63,008 nucleotides of DNA, filler included, from Basidiobolus ranarum (GCA_040143965.1; 50 parts of 50 records of this genome joined end to end with filler, not necessarily neighbours in it), one strand, 5' to 3'; counted from the whole stretch's first letter, positions 24,497 through 36,581 are shown. Notes: generated by a model not told the origin, from the sequence alone. A program made the numbers and translations.

Positions 24497-25221
24497 TGTT
24501 GAAGTTTATTGTCTTTATCATATTTGTTATCTCTATCTTTATATACCTGACTATTTCATATATCACATATAAGTTAGTTAACATTATTTAGTCAAATATC
24601 ACTTAGCTGCAAATTGGAACATATATTATATATATGTGAATGATGTGTGAATTAGCAATTCCATATTGGAAATTTCAAACTCGTCCAAATTGGCCCAAAG
24701 ATAGTTAATTTTACTCCCACAGATGTTCTGAACACAATCCCAGTGTTAGTTTTCTGTATTTCCATCAAAATGTATAAATGTTCTATTTCTGGACAATAAA
24801 CAATTATTTCACAAAGCTATTTGCAACTCCACTTTTCTAAAGTTTCTCCAAACAGCCCATATTTTCCCAATAGGCTATGAGCTTCATGTTCTAACCTTTA
24901 CAGCATGAAAGAAACCACCACTACCACTTTTATCAACTCAAGTGTTGAAAAGCTTGATGGAGAAAATGACAATTTCTTGAAGTTCAAGCTGCAAATCATG
25001 CTGGAAGACAGGGACCTTTGGGATGTAATCTCTGGAGATGAAAAGGAACCTTCTGGCCCTTCTTTATTGGAAGCTTACAAGAAAAGAGACAAGAAGGCCT
25101 TTAATGTTGTTTGTCAAAGGTTGAAGGATTCACAACTTGTGAATATTCAATATGCAAAGACTTCCCATCAAGCTTGGACTATATTGGAAGAGTGTTATGA
25201 AACACAGAGTCTTGCAAATAG
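24497..25221 (+). mobile_element. Copia-B 5' end: LTR 24497-24872 (376 bp), decayed PBS, gag from 24905
   Basis: TGTTGAAG..CCCAATA, GGCTATGAGC, EKLDGENDNFLKFKLQIMLEDRDLW. Confidence 0.92.
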
Positions 25222-25321
25222 NNNNNNNNNNNNNNNNNNNNNNNNNNNNNNNNNNNNNNNNNNNNTTAATTAATTAANNNNNNNNNNNNNNNNNNNNNNN
25301 NNNNNNNNNNNNNNNNNNNNN

Positions 25322-26484
25322 AGTTGGAATTTGGATAATTATTCGCCCTGAATGTATTTATTTGCATTCTCCATCCGACATTAACTCAATCAGGTAAAAC
25401 AGGTTACTGAATGTCAAATGAGAGGCTGAAAAAGTACCGGACCTGGAATCAAATCAATAATCACTTGTTGTAGTATTACCCGGATTTGCTTTTCTTCTCA
25501 AATTGAGCCTTTACTCTTTTGACTGCCTCAAACATCGCTCACTTGACTTGCCTACTTAGAGTGGATCCGCGAGTAGTCAGTTAATCCAACCCCTATGCGC
25601 AGAAACCAATGGGTAACCAACGCAATAGTTGAGTACAAACAATTACCCTACTAGTAATGAAAGAACCATCAATGTCAGAGTAGCACTCAATAGATGTCAT
25701 ACTAAGCGATTCCACCTATGAAAAGGCGAAAGAATAAGGAAATGATATGTCGGACAAGGTTCCTCAATGATAAGAAAAAAGAACTCCTCATCAATCAAAC
25801 AGAATCAGGAAATGTAGTTTTCACACATGGCTCTAGGACTGCTAAAACCTTTTGGTCAGTAAAAAGATCGTTATTCGAGTTGCTACGTTTAGAGCACTGA
25901 TATACCATATTTAGATGTTCATCGTGAGTCCAGTGTGGGTTTTCTGGTATATGTAGGGCATAAAATGACCGCAACAGTTACCTTGAATGACGTTATTTAG
26001 ATAAGCCGAAACCACCTGTAATCTATGGAACATCCACTTGGAATCTTTTTTGAACCTTTGTCTAATCCCACCTGATACATGACATACTTGAACCTCTTTC
26101 TAACTTATACTGATGCATTATAGGTTAAGAGATCTCCTCATAGGTATGACTTCTCTCCCATTTCAAGCAAATTCCACCGTAAATAATGTGTTCAACCTCT
26201 CGTACTAACGAAAGAGTGGTAGCGAACCTTAATGCACCTTCTGGTCAATCATTCTCATTGCTATACTCCTGGTTCAATTTACAGAAAGATACCCCCTGGT
26301 TAGTTTAACTACCATATAGTTACAACTCGGTGATATCTTACTGAATTCACTCTAATCAATTGTCATGAAACTACAAGTATGATATTGAAGATTTAGATTA
26401 CTATATCTAACTCAATTTTGTACTATCTGACTGCTTTATGTAGAGTATTGTTTAGGGGAAGAGCTGATTACCCATGATCAAATA
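25322..26484 (+). repeat. Low-copy duplicated non-coding region, copy 2
   Basis: See 20264-21428. Confidence 0.92.
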
Positions 26485-27288
26485 NNNNNNNNNNNNNNNN
26501 NNNNNNNNNNNNNNNNNNNNNNNNNNNNTTAATTAATTAANNNNNNNNNNNNNNNNNNNNNNNNNNNNNNNNNNNNNNNNNNNNAAGACCTAACCGACGG
26601 ACCGTAATCATTTGAGTCGAAAGATTCCGTCTTTGGATCGGGTTTGGGAGATCCGTTGGTGGAAGATATCTACCTACCCACTTCAACAACTACACAATGC
26701 CAGAATTTGGAGATGTTGTTGGTTTATGAGCAAGACAGATTGCATACCTTTATTGATGGCTAGGTACGGGCTGAATTACTTGAGCTGAATGCTTGCGGAC
26801 CAGACTCAGGATTTCTCCCGCTGTGACATCTAACCTATCCATGATGATGACATTCTATCCCGCTATTCTGAGGTTTGTCAGAAGTGGGATGCCTAAATCG
26901 TTCAAGCTATCAAAAAGGGAATCTATCGGTCCCTAAGTATTGAGAAAAGCCGGCACTTTGGCCACCTTCATAGCATGTAATTTATCACTAAGCAACGGAT
27001 GACAGAATGTCCAGATATATTACATCAAACATCACATTGCGTCCCAACTTGATTTGGTGATTTTAACTTATCGTACCTGGACAAAATACACCAAGTGAGC
27101 AATTCATCGTATCCCTAATTTTATCCCTAATTTTATCCCTAATTTTTGCTCATGCTCCACACAAGATATTCAAATTTGCTTAATGGTAAGAGGAGTTTGA
27201 CTAGTTAATCAACAAATTGTAGCCAAGTTATTTATTGTCATTATAGATCATGGCTACTTCTATTTAAAAATGCGGTTAATCATGGCAG

Positions 27289-27747
27289 TTAATCACGGCG
27301 GTTAATCTTGGCTGCCATTCCATAATCATATGGAGCGCCAGGATTGACGGTAAATGAAGCTTCATATCCAGCTGCTGGCTTCATTGGCATGACGACTGTG
27401 CTCTGAATTCCATACTTGAGCATGTTCTCGGTAGCAGGTATAAGGGTATAATATTCCATTGAGGTACTATATGGGGTCAAGCATACGCGCTCTCCAGTAC
27501 AATTGGGCTCACTATAGAAGCAGTAGATACCGGCAGTAGGATAGTTGAGTACAAAGCCTCCATTGTCTCCATAAGGAGTGATATTGCCACATTGTCCATA
27601 CTCGGGATAGGTAATTACAAATCCGTCATTGTCGACGCTTACGACGGGTTCCTTGTAGTTAATGGTGGTAACTGCGGCAGGGGATACATTGCTATCACCA
27701 TTGATGATAGCTGCTTGATTTGGTACGGCTGTCCATTTCAGAAACTG
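27289..27747 (-). CDS. Unknown protein, C-terminal 152 aa (5' truncated), probably extracellular
   Basis: Frame open from contig edge to TAA; Tyr/Gly/Asn-rich, four Cys including YCFYSEPNCTG; gene-like codon use with CpG retained. Confidence 0.65.
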   Translation of the reverse strand, partial: QFLKWTAVPNQAAIINGDSNVSPAAVTTINYKEPVVSVDNDGFVITYPEYGQCGNITPYGDNGGFVLNYPTAGIYCFYSEPNCTGERVCLTPYSTSMEYYTLIPATENMLKYGIQSTVVMPMKPAAGYEASFTVNPGAPYDYGMAAKINRRD

Positions 27748-27847
27748 NNNNNNNNNNNNNNNNNNNNNNNNNNNNNNNNNNNNNNNNNNNNTTAATTAAT
27801 TAANNNNNNNNNNNNNNNNNNNNNNNNNNNNNNNNNNNNNNNNNNNN

Positions 27848-28594
27848 TGATTTAATATCTTCCTCTTGCTTCATCTTTAAGTTAAAGAATTGTCTTCTCA
27901 GAAACATCTTGTTGGAAGCAGAACTTGTTTGATAGGTGTCTTCCAAGGCGTTTCATACCTTCTTGGCAGTTTTAACTCTTAAACATTGAATTACCAAATT
28001 GTCTTCAACATTAAGACAAATTGTGATAACAGCACTTTGTTCTTTTTTAACCTGGAGTAAGACTTTAGTTTCAGATAGTTTTGCATTGTTTTCTTCTCCT
28101 ACAACAATGTTCCAAAGTCTTTTTCATGCAGCTGCATTTTCATTATAATTTTCCATATTTGATAATTGGTTCCATCCAATTTTTCAGAAGAGGGAAAAGT
28201 TCCATAAATCTGAGAAGTAGACATTACAGAGAGTGCCAGCCTGGGGCTCATAACCTGTTAAAGTATTTGGGAGCCTGTTGGAAGTGATTTGGAGAATTAG
28301 AGGAATTGGTGGTTTTCACTTGTTGATTTATTGAGTAGAAAGTTGACATTTATAGTTTTGTCAAGATGTAAACAAACTAATATGTAGAATGTGTTAAGGA
28401 AGGTCCCAGGAACATGTGTGCAAAGTTTGTGGCTTCTTTGAAACATCTATATATCTGAGAACTTCTAAGTTGGTAAAAATATTCTAAGTAAATTCCATTT
28501 GAGAATAAAGGATAATATCTTAGTGAAATATAAGATAACTAAGTACTAAGCTATATATGACTTTATAGGTGCTTAGGCAATGCTAATTTCAACA
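27848..28594 (-). mobile_element. Copia-A 5' end: LTR 28256-28594, PBS 28242-28255, gag from 28224
   Basis: Reverse complement of 17734-18200; PBS GGTTATGAGCCCCA. Confidence 0.92.
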
Positions 28595-29010
28595 AATCAT
28601 AATTGTATTAAATTAGCTAAAAATCCCATGTTTCATAATGGAAGCAATCAGACATCACTTCACTAGAGGGACTATAGAGAATTAGTTTATTGAATTAACT
28701 TATTATTCTACAGAAGACATGATTGCTGATATCTTAACTAAACCATTAGCTAGACAGAAATTTCAGAAATATAGACCTTGCTAAGGATTTGTTTATATGA
28801 CTTTTAGTTGAAGAAGAGTGTTGAAATTAGCATTGTCTAAAGACCTATATAGTCATATATAGCTTAGTACTTAGTTATCTTATATTTCACTAAGATATTA
28901 CCCATTTTTCTCCATTGGAATATACTTAGAAGTTCTTAGATATGCAGATTTTTCAAACTTGTGCTAGAAGCCCCAAACTTTGCACACATGCTCCTGGGAC
29001 CTTTCTTAAC
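28595..29010 (+). mobile_element. Copia-A 3' end: RNase H tail, PPT, LTR from 28819; host of the opposite-strand Copia-A
   Basis: CIKLAKNP, STEDMIADILTKPL, GAAGAAGAG-TGTTGAAATT. Confidence 0.9.
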
Positions 29011-29110
29011 NNNNNNNNNNNNNNNNNNNNNNNNNNNNNNNNNNNNNNNNNNNNTTAATTAATTAANNNNNNNNNNNNNNNNNNNNNNNNNNNNNNNNNN
29101 NNNNNNNNNN

Positions 29111-29833
29111 AATACTGGCATAGATTCAGTCAGTCTTCTTTAAACCTGTAATAAAGTTTTTCATATCCAATCACAAAATCTTTGCACAGTTGATGTATCT
29201 GCCTGAGATCTGCCAATGTGAATAGATGCTGTCAGAATATATTAACAATATCCACAAATAACTCCCAATGTTGCCAATACTTATCATGCAGAAATCTTTT
29301 CAAAATTGCACTTGAATATATAAAAATCCAATACTTCCAGTCTTTACATTTGAATAAACATCTAGAAGAGTGGATATTGATGCAAGTCCTGGTAAAATAT
29401 GATGCTATCTTGATGCTTTCAAGCATTTTCCCAATCAATTCAAACTTTGATCCTATCTTGATTTGATCATTCATATTAAATTTTCCTCTATATAGCTGAG
29501 TAAGTAGTATTAGAATGTTGTTGAATAGTAAATGCATAGTGCCTAATGGGAAGCTTTGGCTCCAGCAGATCCCCTTTAACAATAGAATATCAGGCTTATG
29601 GCTAATACCAAGTTTGATGTTAGACTGACAATTTGGTGAATTGATATCAGTGATCTTATTGAAATCTGACTGGGCTCTTGATGATATAATCATGAAATTT
29701 AGTGTTGTATATAGATGGTAGTAATGCATATGCCTGTTATAGTAAACTCCATTGATTTGACAAAATATACAGCAAGATAGTGTATTGTGCTGACAAAAAC
29801 CTCCAAGTTTACTGATGTCAAGAGTGTCACCAA
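29111..29833 (-). mobile_element. CMC-1 transposase core
   Basis: GDTL.ISKLGGF, FPLGTMHLLF, FKCKDWKYW, FVIGYEKLYY. Confidence 0.9.
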
Positions 29834-30273
29834 TTTCATGATTCTGATCTAGGCATACTGATCTATACAAATAGAACTCTTCTATTATTAGCTTATAACA
29901 TCATATCTGCTGTGCCATCCCTTCTTAGCAATCTTGTGTTAGTTCATCCAGATTACCTTATACAGAAGTCATATTCTTTGGAACATCCCATGAAACCTAA
30001 CAAATCATTTCATCCCACAAATAGTGTATTCCAACCAAGACCTTCCATGGAACATCCCCTGATCATCCTTATATCATACTTCATCATCCCCCTTTGTATT
30101 GGTCCCTGCAGTCCCCAACACCCCAACTCTTGAACTTGCCACAGTATATTCCCTATTCAGTATATTATGCTTCATCTTGCAATATCTATATAAGCCCCAT
30201 ATATTCCTTGATCAGACTTCAGTCTCATCAATGCCAGTTATCAATAGTAATTCTTGCAAAATTATCTTCCCTG
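29834..30273 (+). repeat. Gypsy-C LTR, 3' truncated; inserted in CMC-1 transposase
   Basis: TCATGATTCTGATC start matches the 22295 end. Confidence 0.88.
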
Positions 30274-30373
30274 NNNNNNNNNNNNNNNNNNNNNNNNNNN
30301 NNNNNNNNNNNNNNNNNTTAATTAATTAANNNNNNNNNNNNNNNNNNNNNNNNNNNNNNNNNNNNNNNNNNNN

Positions 30374-31014
30374 AATATGTTTCATGATTTCAATATCTTC
30401 AGAAGTCTTTGGTTCCATATTCTTAGTGAGTTTCAGCATACACAGTGGATTTGAAGCTGTTTTACATTTGGACATATTGAATCTGTTTAAAACATCTCCA
30501 ATATATTTTTCTTGTGTAATACAGAGTGTTCCAATAGTCCATTTTGATGTATTTGCATTCCAAGACAAGATGCTAGTGACCCAAAATCTTGCATTTTAAA
30601 CTTGGAAGATAGCCAGGTCTTAGTTTGTTTCATCAGAATTGAGCAATTACTAACTATTATGATATCATCAACATAGAGAGCAATTATCACTTTGGTGTTT
30701 ATGATAGTCTTGAAGTGTATGCAGTGATCAGCTTTGCTACAATGGAAAAGATGTTTCATGAAGATCTGATTGATTTTGGTATTCTATGCACAAGGAGCCT
30801 GTTTCAGACCATATAGACATCTCTGTAGTTTGCATACTTGATGTTCTCTTCCTTTTGCAATATATCCTTCTGGTTGATCCATATTTATATCTTCATCAAT
30901 TTCTCCATTAAGAAATGCTGTCTTGACATCCATTTGTTCAATCAGCACTCCTTGGTGGGTAGCAATGGTTAGGATTACTCAGATTTAGGTAAACTTAGCA
31001 ATGGGAGAAAATGT
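30374..31014 (-). mobile_element. Copia reverse transcriptase fragment
   Basis: [25 protein letters not shown]. Confidence 0.93.
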
Positions 31015-31535
31015 TGTTGAAGTTTATTGTCTTTATCATATTTGTTCTCTCTGTCTCTATACACCTAACTATTTCATATATCACATATCAGTTAGTTGAC
31101 ATTACTTAGTCAAATATCAGTTAGCTGAAAATTGGAACATATATTATATATATATATGTGTATAATGTGAGAATTAGCAATTCCATAGTGGAAATTTCAA
31201 ACTTGTCCAACTTGGGCCAAAGATAGCTCATTTTACTCCCACAGATGTTCTGACCATAACCCCAGTGTTAGTTTTCTGTATTTCCACCAAAAAGTATATA
31301 TGCTTTATTTCTGGACAATAAACAATTATCCCACACAGCTATTTACAACTCCACTTTTCTAAAGTTCCTCCAAACAGCCCATATTTTTGCGATAGGTTAT
31401 GAGCCCCATGTTCTAACCTTTACAGCATGACAGAAACCACTACTACCACTTTTATTAACTCAAGTGTTGAAAAGCTTGATAGAGAAAATTGCAATTTCTG
31501 GAAGTTAAAGATGCAAATCATGCTGGAAGACAGGG
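31015..31535 (+). mobile_element. Copia-B 5' end: LTR 31015-31394, PBS 31395-31408, gag from 31427
   Basis: Colinear with 24497-25015; PBS GGTTATGAGCCCCA. Confidence 0.92.
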
Positions 31536-32475
31536 NNNNNNNNNNNNNNNNNNNNNNNNNNNNNNNNNNNNNNNNNNNNTTAATTAATTAANNNNNNNNN
31601 NNNNNNNNNNNNNNNNNNNNNNNNNNNNNNNNNNNTAGGAATGGAAAGAATGGGTTTCTTTTTAAATAGTAAATTATAGGAAAGATCCCTTGTAAGTGAT
31701 AAAGGGATATGTGATGCGAGCCATCAATGTCAGGTAAGCCTCTCACCGATAAGAGACAAAGAGATGTCTCTCCTGAATTGAATAGATATTTACCAATGAC
31801 GAATTTCCTGGATATTTTCTGCAATCGTTACTTGATTTCCCCACTATATCAGCTCAGTATCAGTTAGTAAATAGACACTTCGATGATTGAAATAATGGGT
31901 CTCGTGTTAGGATTAACTTCCGATCTGTGGTGATACCCCACACTGCACAGATAGTACGTGAAGGCCAAATAAGGTACATGAGCAGGAGTAATGTCAACAA
32001 TAAAACCCATACTACAGGTGCTCATTCGAGGTGTTCATACGTAATATTGGCCATGTTATGTACAGCCACTGACTGTAATTTGCTATTCGTCATCTGCTTG
32101 CAATATCTTGACCCTTATGCCTGACTAACTCTAGCTCTGATCAATAGAATGCTGACTAGGTCACACTTTCAGCAAGTCTTCATTTCCCACATCGGATTAT
32201 TTTTACTAGATTGCACTTGTAGCATTTGAGTACTTGAATTACTATGCTACTTTTATCATTCATTCCCTCATCATACTACCTATAGATTATACATTCAATA
32301 GTTTGGATATCCTAGCCTTTAATTAGCACGATAGATATGGTACAGTTGGCAAATATCAATTCAAAAGTGTGAATTCTTTAGAAAGACTTAATATATTGAA
32401 CAATTACACTATAATCTTTGGTTTAGTTATTTTCTGATAACTCGCTGCATTTCAGCTACATCTTTTGGTTAATGA

Positions 32476-32797
32476 TGTTAAAGTATTTGGGAGCCTGTTG
32501 GAAGTGGTTTGGAGAATTAGAGGAATTGGTGGTTTTCTCTTATTGATTTATTGAGTAGAAAGTTGACATTTATAGTTTTGTCAAGATGTAAGCAAACTGA
32601 CGTGTAGAATATGTTAAGGAAGGTCCCAGGAACATGTGTGCAAAGTTTGGGGCTTCTAGCACAAGTTTGAAAAATCTATATATCTGAGAACTTCAAAGTT
32701 GGTAAAAATATTCTAAGTAAATTCCTTATGAGAATAATTGATAATATCTTAGTGAATTATAAGATAACTATGTACTAAGCTATATATGACTATATAG
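32476..32797 (-). repeat. Copia-A LTR, nearly complete, in unique DNA
   Basis: TGTTAAAGTATTTGGGAG end. Confidence 0.9.
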
Positions 32798-32897
32798 NNN
32801 NNNNNNNNNNNNNNNNNNNNNNNNNNNNNNNNNNNNNNNNNTTAATTAATTAANNNNNNNNNNNNNNNNNNNNNNNNNNNNNNNNNNNNNNNNNNNN

Positions 32898-33270
32898 GAG
32901 CAAGCCCTTTTTGCTCATGATGTTCCACTAGGATTTCTCATGCATTCTTGGCAGAGTCAGCATCTCTGACTAGCATAAGTTGTTGTGATCCCAGTCTTAG
33001 ACATATTTTCCTAAATGCAAATCTGTCTTTTTCTTTGAAGGTTGCCCTGGCTTCTTTACATGTTGGCTTCTTTGTTTCAGTGTCAGAGTGTATACTTTCT
33101 TCTTCAGAAGTTTCTTCTTCATCATCTGGTTGAACTACTTCCTAGACATGTTTCCCTTCAAGCACAAGTTGCATCTTGAATTTCCATTCGTGAAAATCTT
33201 CCCCACCAAATGTTGTAATATTAGTAATCTCCTTTTGGGAAGAAGACTCTAATTAACTTGCTGCTACCAT
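32898..33270 (-). mobile_element. Copia gag N-terminus (third family), degenerate
   Basis: ITTFGGEDFHEWKFKMQLVLEGK..DSAKNA*EIL. Confidence 0.82.
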
Positions 33271-33459
33271 GTTGGAGGATCTTGACATACTGGGGTTAGA
33301 CTTTGGGTATTAGAAGCAACTTATGATAGTGTTTTTAGTTACTTTATTCTTAAGAATATATGGTGACTTATATAGGAGAAAAGTAAATCAATTGTTTGAG
33401 ATATTCAGGAGTTTGTGTAACAATATATAATAGATAAGTGGGGATAATAAGACATAGTT

Positions 33460-33741
33460 TGTTGAAAGTCAGATGACTTGTGGTACAAGCAGTAATTCCC
33501 AAAGAGGAAAATATGGAGTATGGTGATTGCATCTGAACACAAAGTCTAAGGCCAATCAGTTGCTTGTAAAGCTGAAATGTCAAAGTACCATAAATTGACA
33601 GACTAGGTTAAAGTTACCTAGCAATATAGGCATAGCATACAAGGACTGGTAGCTCAGTGGTTAGAGCACCTTGCTAGAGTGAGGGAGGTCCCAGGTTCAA
33701 ATCCTGGCCAGATCAATATTTCTCCCTAAATAATTTCAACA
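33460..33741. mobile_element. 282-bp solo LTR-like element containing a tRNA-like sequence
   Basis: Perfect 8-bp inverted ends TGTTGAAA..TTTCAACA; flanks TAGTT/TACTT (4/5 target-site duplication). Confidence 0.72.
33643..33715 (+). tRNA. tRNA-like sequence or pseudo-tRNA (AGA at the anticodon position; isotype unreliable)
   Basis: 73-nt cloverleaf: acceptor GGACTGG/CCAGATC, D arm GCTC-AGTGGTTA-GAGC, T arm CCAGG-TTCAAAT-CCTGG; weak anticodon stem and no long variable arm. Confidence 0.7.
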
Positions 33742-33848
33742 TACTTGTTATATAGATATAGAGATATCCCTATGTAGAATATAGGGGCTATAGATACGTT
33801 GCTTTCTGTTTCTGATATATGCATCATAACCTAAGTTAACTATGATGC

Positions 33849-34059
33849 CCCTAACAGAAATTTTAGGATTGTTATTATAGGAAAACTGTCACAATTTTAA
33901 TCCATTTGGGATTGACCATTTACTTACCATCATAAAATTGTCAAGTTTGATTTGATTTTAATCAATTTTTTCAGTTTCAGGAGTGAAATTTCAAGATCTT
34001 GCAAAATAGTTGTGCATGATTGGCTACAATCTCAGAGAACTATGGATCAACACATGTGC
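33849..34059 (-). mobile_element. CMC-1 left terminus (CCCTAACAGAAATT)
   Basis: Shared with 58947, 59763 and 62758; flanks beyond CCC differ. Confidence 0.82.
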
Positions 34060-34287
34060 NNNNNNNNNNNNNNNNNNNNNNNNNNNNNNNNNNNNNNNNN
34101 NNNTTAATTAATTAANNNNNNNNNNNNNNNNNNNNNNNNNNNNNNNNNNNNNNNNNNNNCTTGTGAATGACAGTGGGGACTTTAATAAGCTTAGAGATAG
34201 TAGGGACTTTAGTACTTTTTAGAGAGTTTGTAGCTACAGCATTTGGCCAGTGTGAATCGGCAGTCGCTTTACTAAACTTATGAGAAC

Positions 34288-34491
34288 TGTTTAAATTAGC
34301 ATAGCCTAAACACCTATATAGTCCTATATAGCTTAGTATTTAGTGATTCCATATTGAACTAAGATATCATCTCAATCGGAACTTACTTAGAAGTTCTCAA
34401 ATATACACATTTTTCAAACTTGTGCTAATAAAGCCACCAATTCTTCGAGTTTAAAAAACCACTTCCAACAAACTCCCAAAATTCTTCAACA
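34288..34491 (+). repeat. Copia-A-related solo LTR, short or internally deleted (204 bp)
   Basis: TGTT..CAACA ends; flanks AGAAC/AGGAC. Confidence 0.75.
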
Positions 34492-34753
34492 AGGACTGGT
34501 ACTTTATTTCAATACGAGCGCCAGATTTAGTGGTGACTTTAGTAGACTTGTGAATTTTAGATGAATTTGCAGCAGCTGTAGAAATGATCTAGTGCACTCT
34601 ATATTTCGCGTCAGATATTAGTGTACCCAAAACACCTCTCCACATATTTTTTCTTCCTATACTATAAATCTAACAACAAATCTTTGCCATATTACTCAAG
34701 AACATACCAAGCCTCTTAACTTAGCTACCCTCACTTGTGTTATGGTGTTACTA

Positions 34754-35072
34754 TGTTAAAGTATTTGGGAGCCTGTTGCCAGTGGTCTGGAGAGTTAGAG
34801 AAATTGGTTGTTTTCACTTGTTGATTTATTGAGTATTCAGTTAATATTTGTAGTTTTGTCAAGTTGTAAACAAACTAACGTGTAGAATGTGTTAAGGAAG
34901 GTCCCAGGAGCATGTGAGCAAAGTTTGGGGCTTCTTTGAAAAATCTGTATATTTGAGAACTTCTAAGTATACTCCAATTGAGAGTAATGGGTAATATCTT
35001 GGTGAATATAGGATAACTAAATACCAAGCTATATAGGACTATATAGGTGTTTAGGCAATGCTAACTTCAACT
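34754..35072 (-). repeat. Copia-A solo LTR
   Basis: Full LTR; flanks TACTA/GACTA (4/5 TSD). Confidence 0.88.
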
Positions 35073-35210
35073 GACTATCCTAAATTATGTTTTAAATATT
35101 CATAGCATACCTCACCTCTACCTTCATCTGGTCATTAGTGGTATAAATGTTTCAAAAAAAGCAAAACAACCCTACTAGGAGGTTTTTTTCCCATTGTTTT
35201 TGGATATTAT

Positions 35211-35320
35211 TGTTAAAGTATTTGGGAGCCTGTTGGAAGTGGTTTGGAGAATTAGAGGAATTGGTGGTTTTCACTTGTTGATTTATTGAGTAGAAAGTTG
35301 ACATTTATAGTTTTGTCAAG
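35211..35320 (-). repeat. Copia-A LTR 3' part
   Basis: TGTTAAAGTATTTGGGAG. Confidence 0.9.
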
Positions 35321-35420
35321 NNNNNNNNNNNNNNNNNNNNNNNNNNNNNNNNNNNNNNNNNNNNTTAATTAATTAANNNNNNNNNNNNNNNNNNNNNNNN
35401 NNNNNNNNNNNNNNNNNNNN

Positions 35421-36505
35421 TAACAATATATCAGCAAAATTGGTGATGGATGTAATAAAATGGGTTAAGGAGACTCCAGAGTCAATCAACCTTTCAACAA
35501 GGGGCTCTTTTCAATGTGCTCATGGTTCTTTGCATTGTTTGATCACAATAACAGCAAGAAAACCCAATCCATGGGCTTAGAGTAAGTATCTCTATAATTT
35601 GGACTAATTTGTTTGTGTGATAATCTGATGGTATTGCTAGGAAAGCTGCAATACAGACTTCTTGGTGAGATAGATTGAGATACATAGTATTATTGTTTTA
35701 GCCATGAGGTTATCTATTCAAGTAATCACATACCTACTGGTAGCAGGACATTTGTCAACTGCAAGTCAGGGATATTTTGGCTGAAATCTTTACAGAAATT
35801 TGCCAAAATCAAAGAGCTTATTCTCATTGCAAACAGTAACAAGAGTCAGCTATATGCCAAGTGTCAGTGCTATTCAAAATTTCCAATGTTGAGCAAATTT
35901 TCCACCATTAGCTTGCTGGTATAGCATATTGACATTGTTGAGTTATGTCTAATCAGTCAGGTATGTGCATTTGTAGAGACTAAACACAACAAGATTCTTG
36001 TAATTTTTGATTCTCATCATGGCTGGAATAAGAAGCCTAAAATATCTAAATAAAGCCATGCATATTTATTTGAATTTGTACAGCAGTAAACCCACTAATT
36101 TGACATTCAAAAATCAGTTTTTGTAAAAATTATCAGTAATTAAATAATGCATGCAAAATAAGATGATCAATATTTTAACATGTATGAATACAATCAAAAT
36201 ACCATCACAAAGCTGCTGTCTCACCATTAAAATCCCTGGCAGAATGCAAGCCACTGGTATTGGGATGGTTCTCTGATGGTTTGACAATCCAGATCAAATT
36301 GATTTTATTGTTGTTAAATATGTGCCAGTTGGAAGAGTGCAAAAGTTGGAAGTTTATCCAACAGCTGGCACCTCTCAACAAGCCAAAATACCAGCAAACA
36401 AAGCTCCTGGCTCTTCAATCTCAACAAGTACTTTTCAAAGTTTCAAAATCAGCCCCAAACTTAGAGTCAAGCAAAAAGCCACCCAAACACTGCAAAGCAT
36501 ACTGA
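35421..36505 (+). mobile_element. CMC-1 transposase tail with decayed right end (~36319), joined to an ORF2 fragment of another copy
   Basis: Colinear with 50931-51699, then PVGRVQKLEVYP of ORF2. Confidence 0.8.
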
Positions 36506-36581
36506 AGACTTGTTCCATTTTATTGAGCCAGATCAGGCCAGCTAAAAAGTGTGCCAGTACAAATTGGCATGATTGGGCACT
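36506..36581 (-). mobile_element. TIR-X terminus, type 1, inserted in CMC-1 ORF2
   Basis: AGACTTGTTCCATTTTATTGAGCC; matches 3893-3968. Confidence 0.65.

Noticed and set aside
27111-27146. (ATCCCTAATTTT)x3 containing CCCTAA
   Set aside because: Only three 12-bp units, internal to the contig; not enough for a telomere call
33643-33715. Functional tRNA-Ser(AGA)
   Set aside because: No long variable arm, mismatched anticodon and acceptor stems, located inside an LTR-like element
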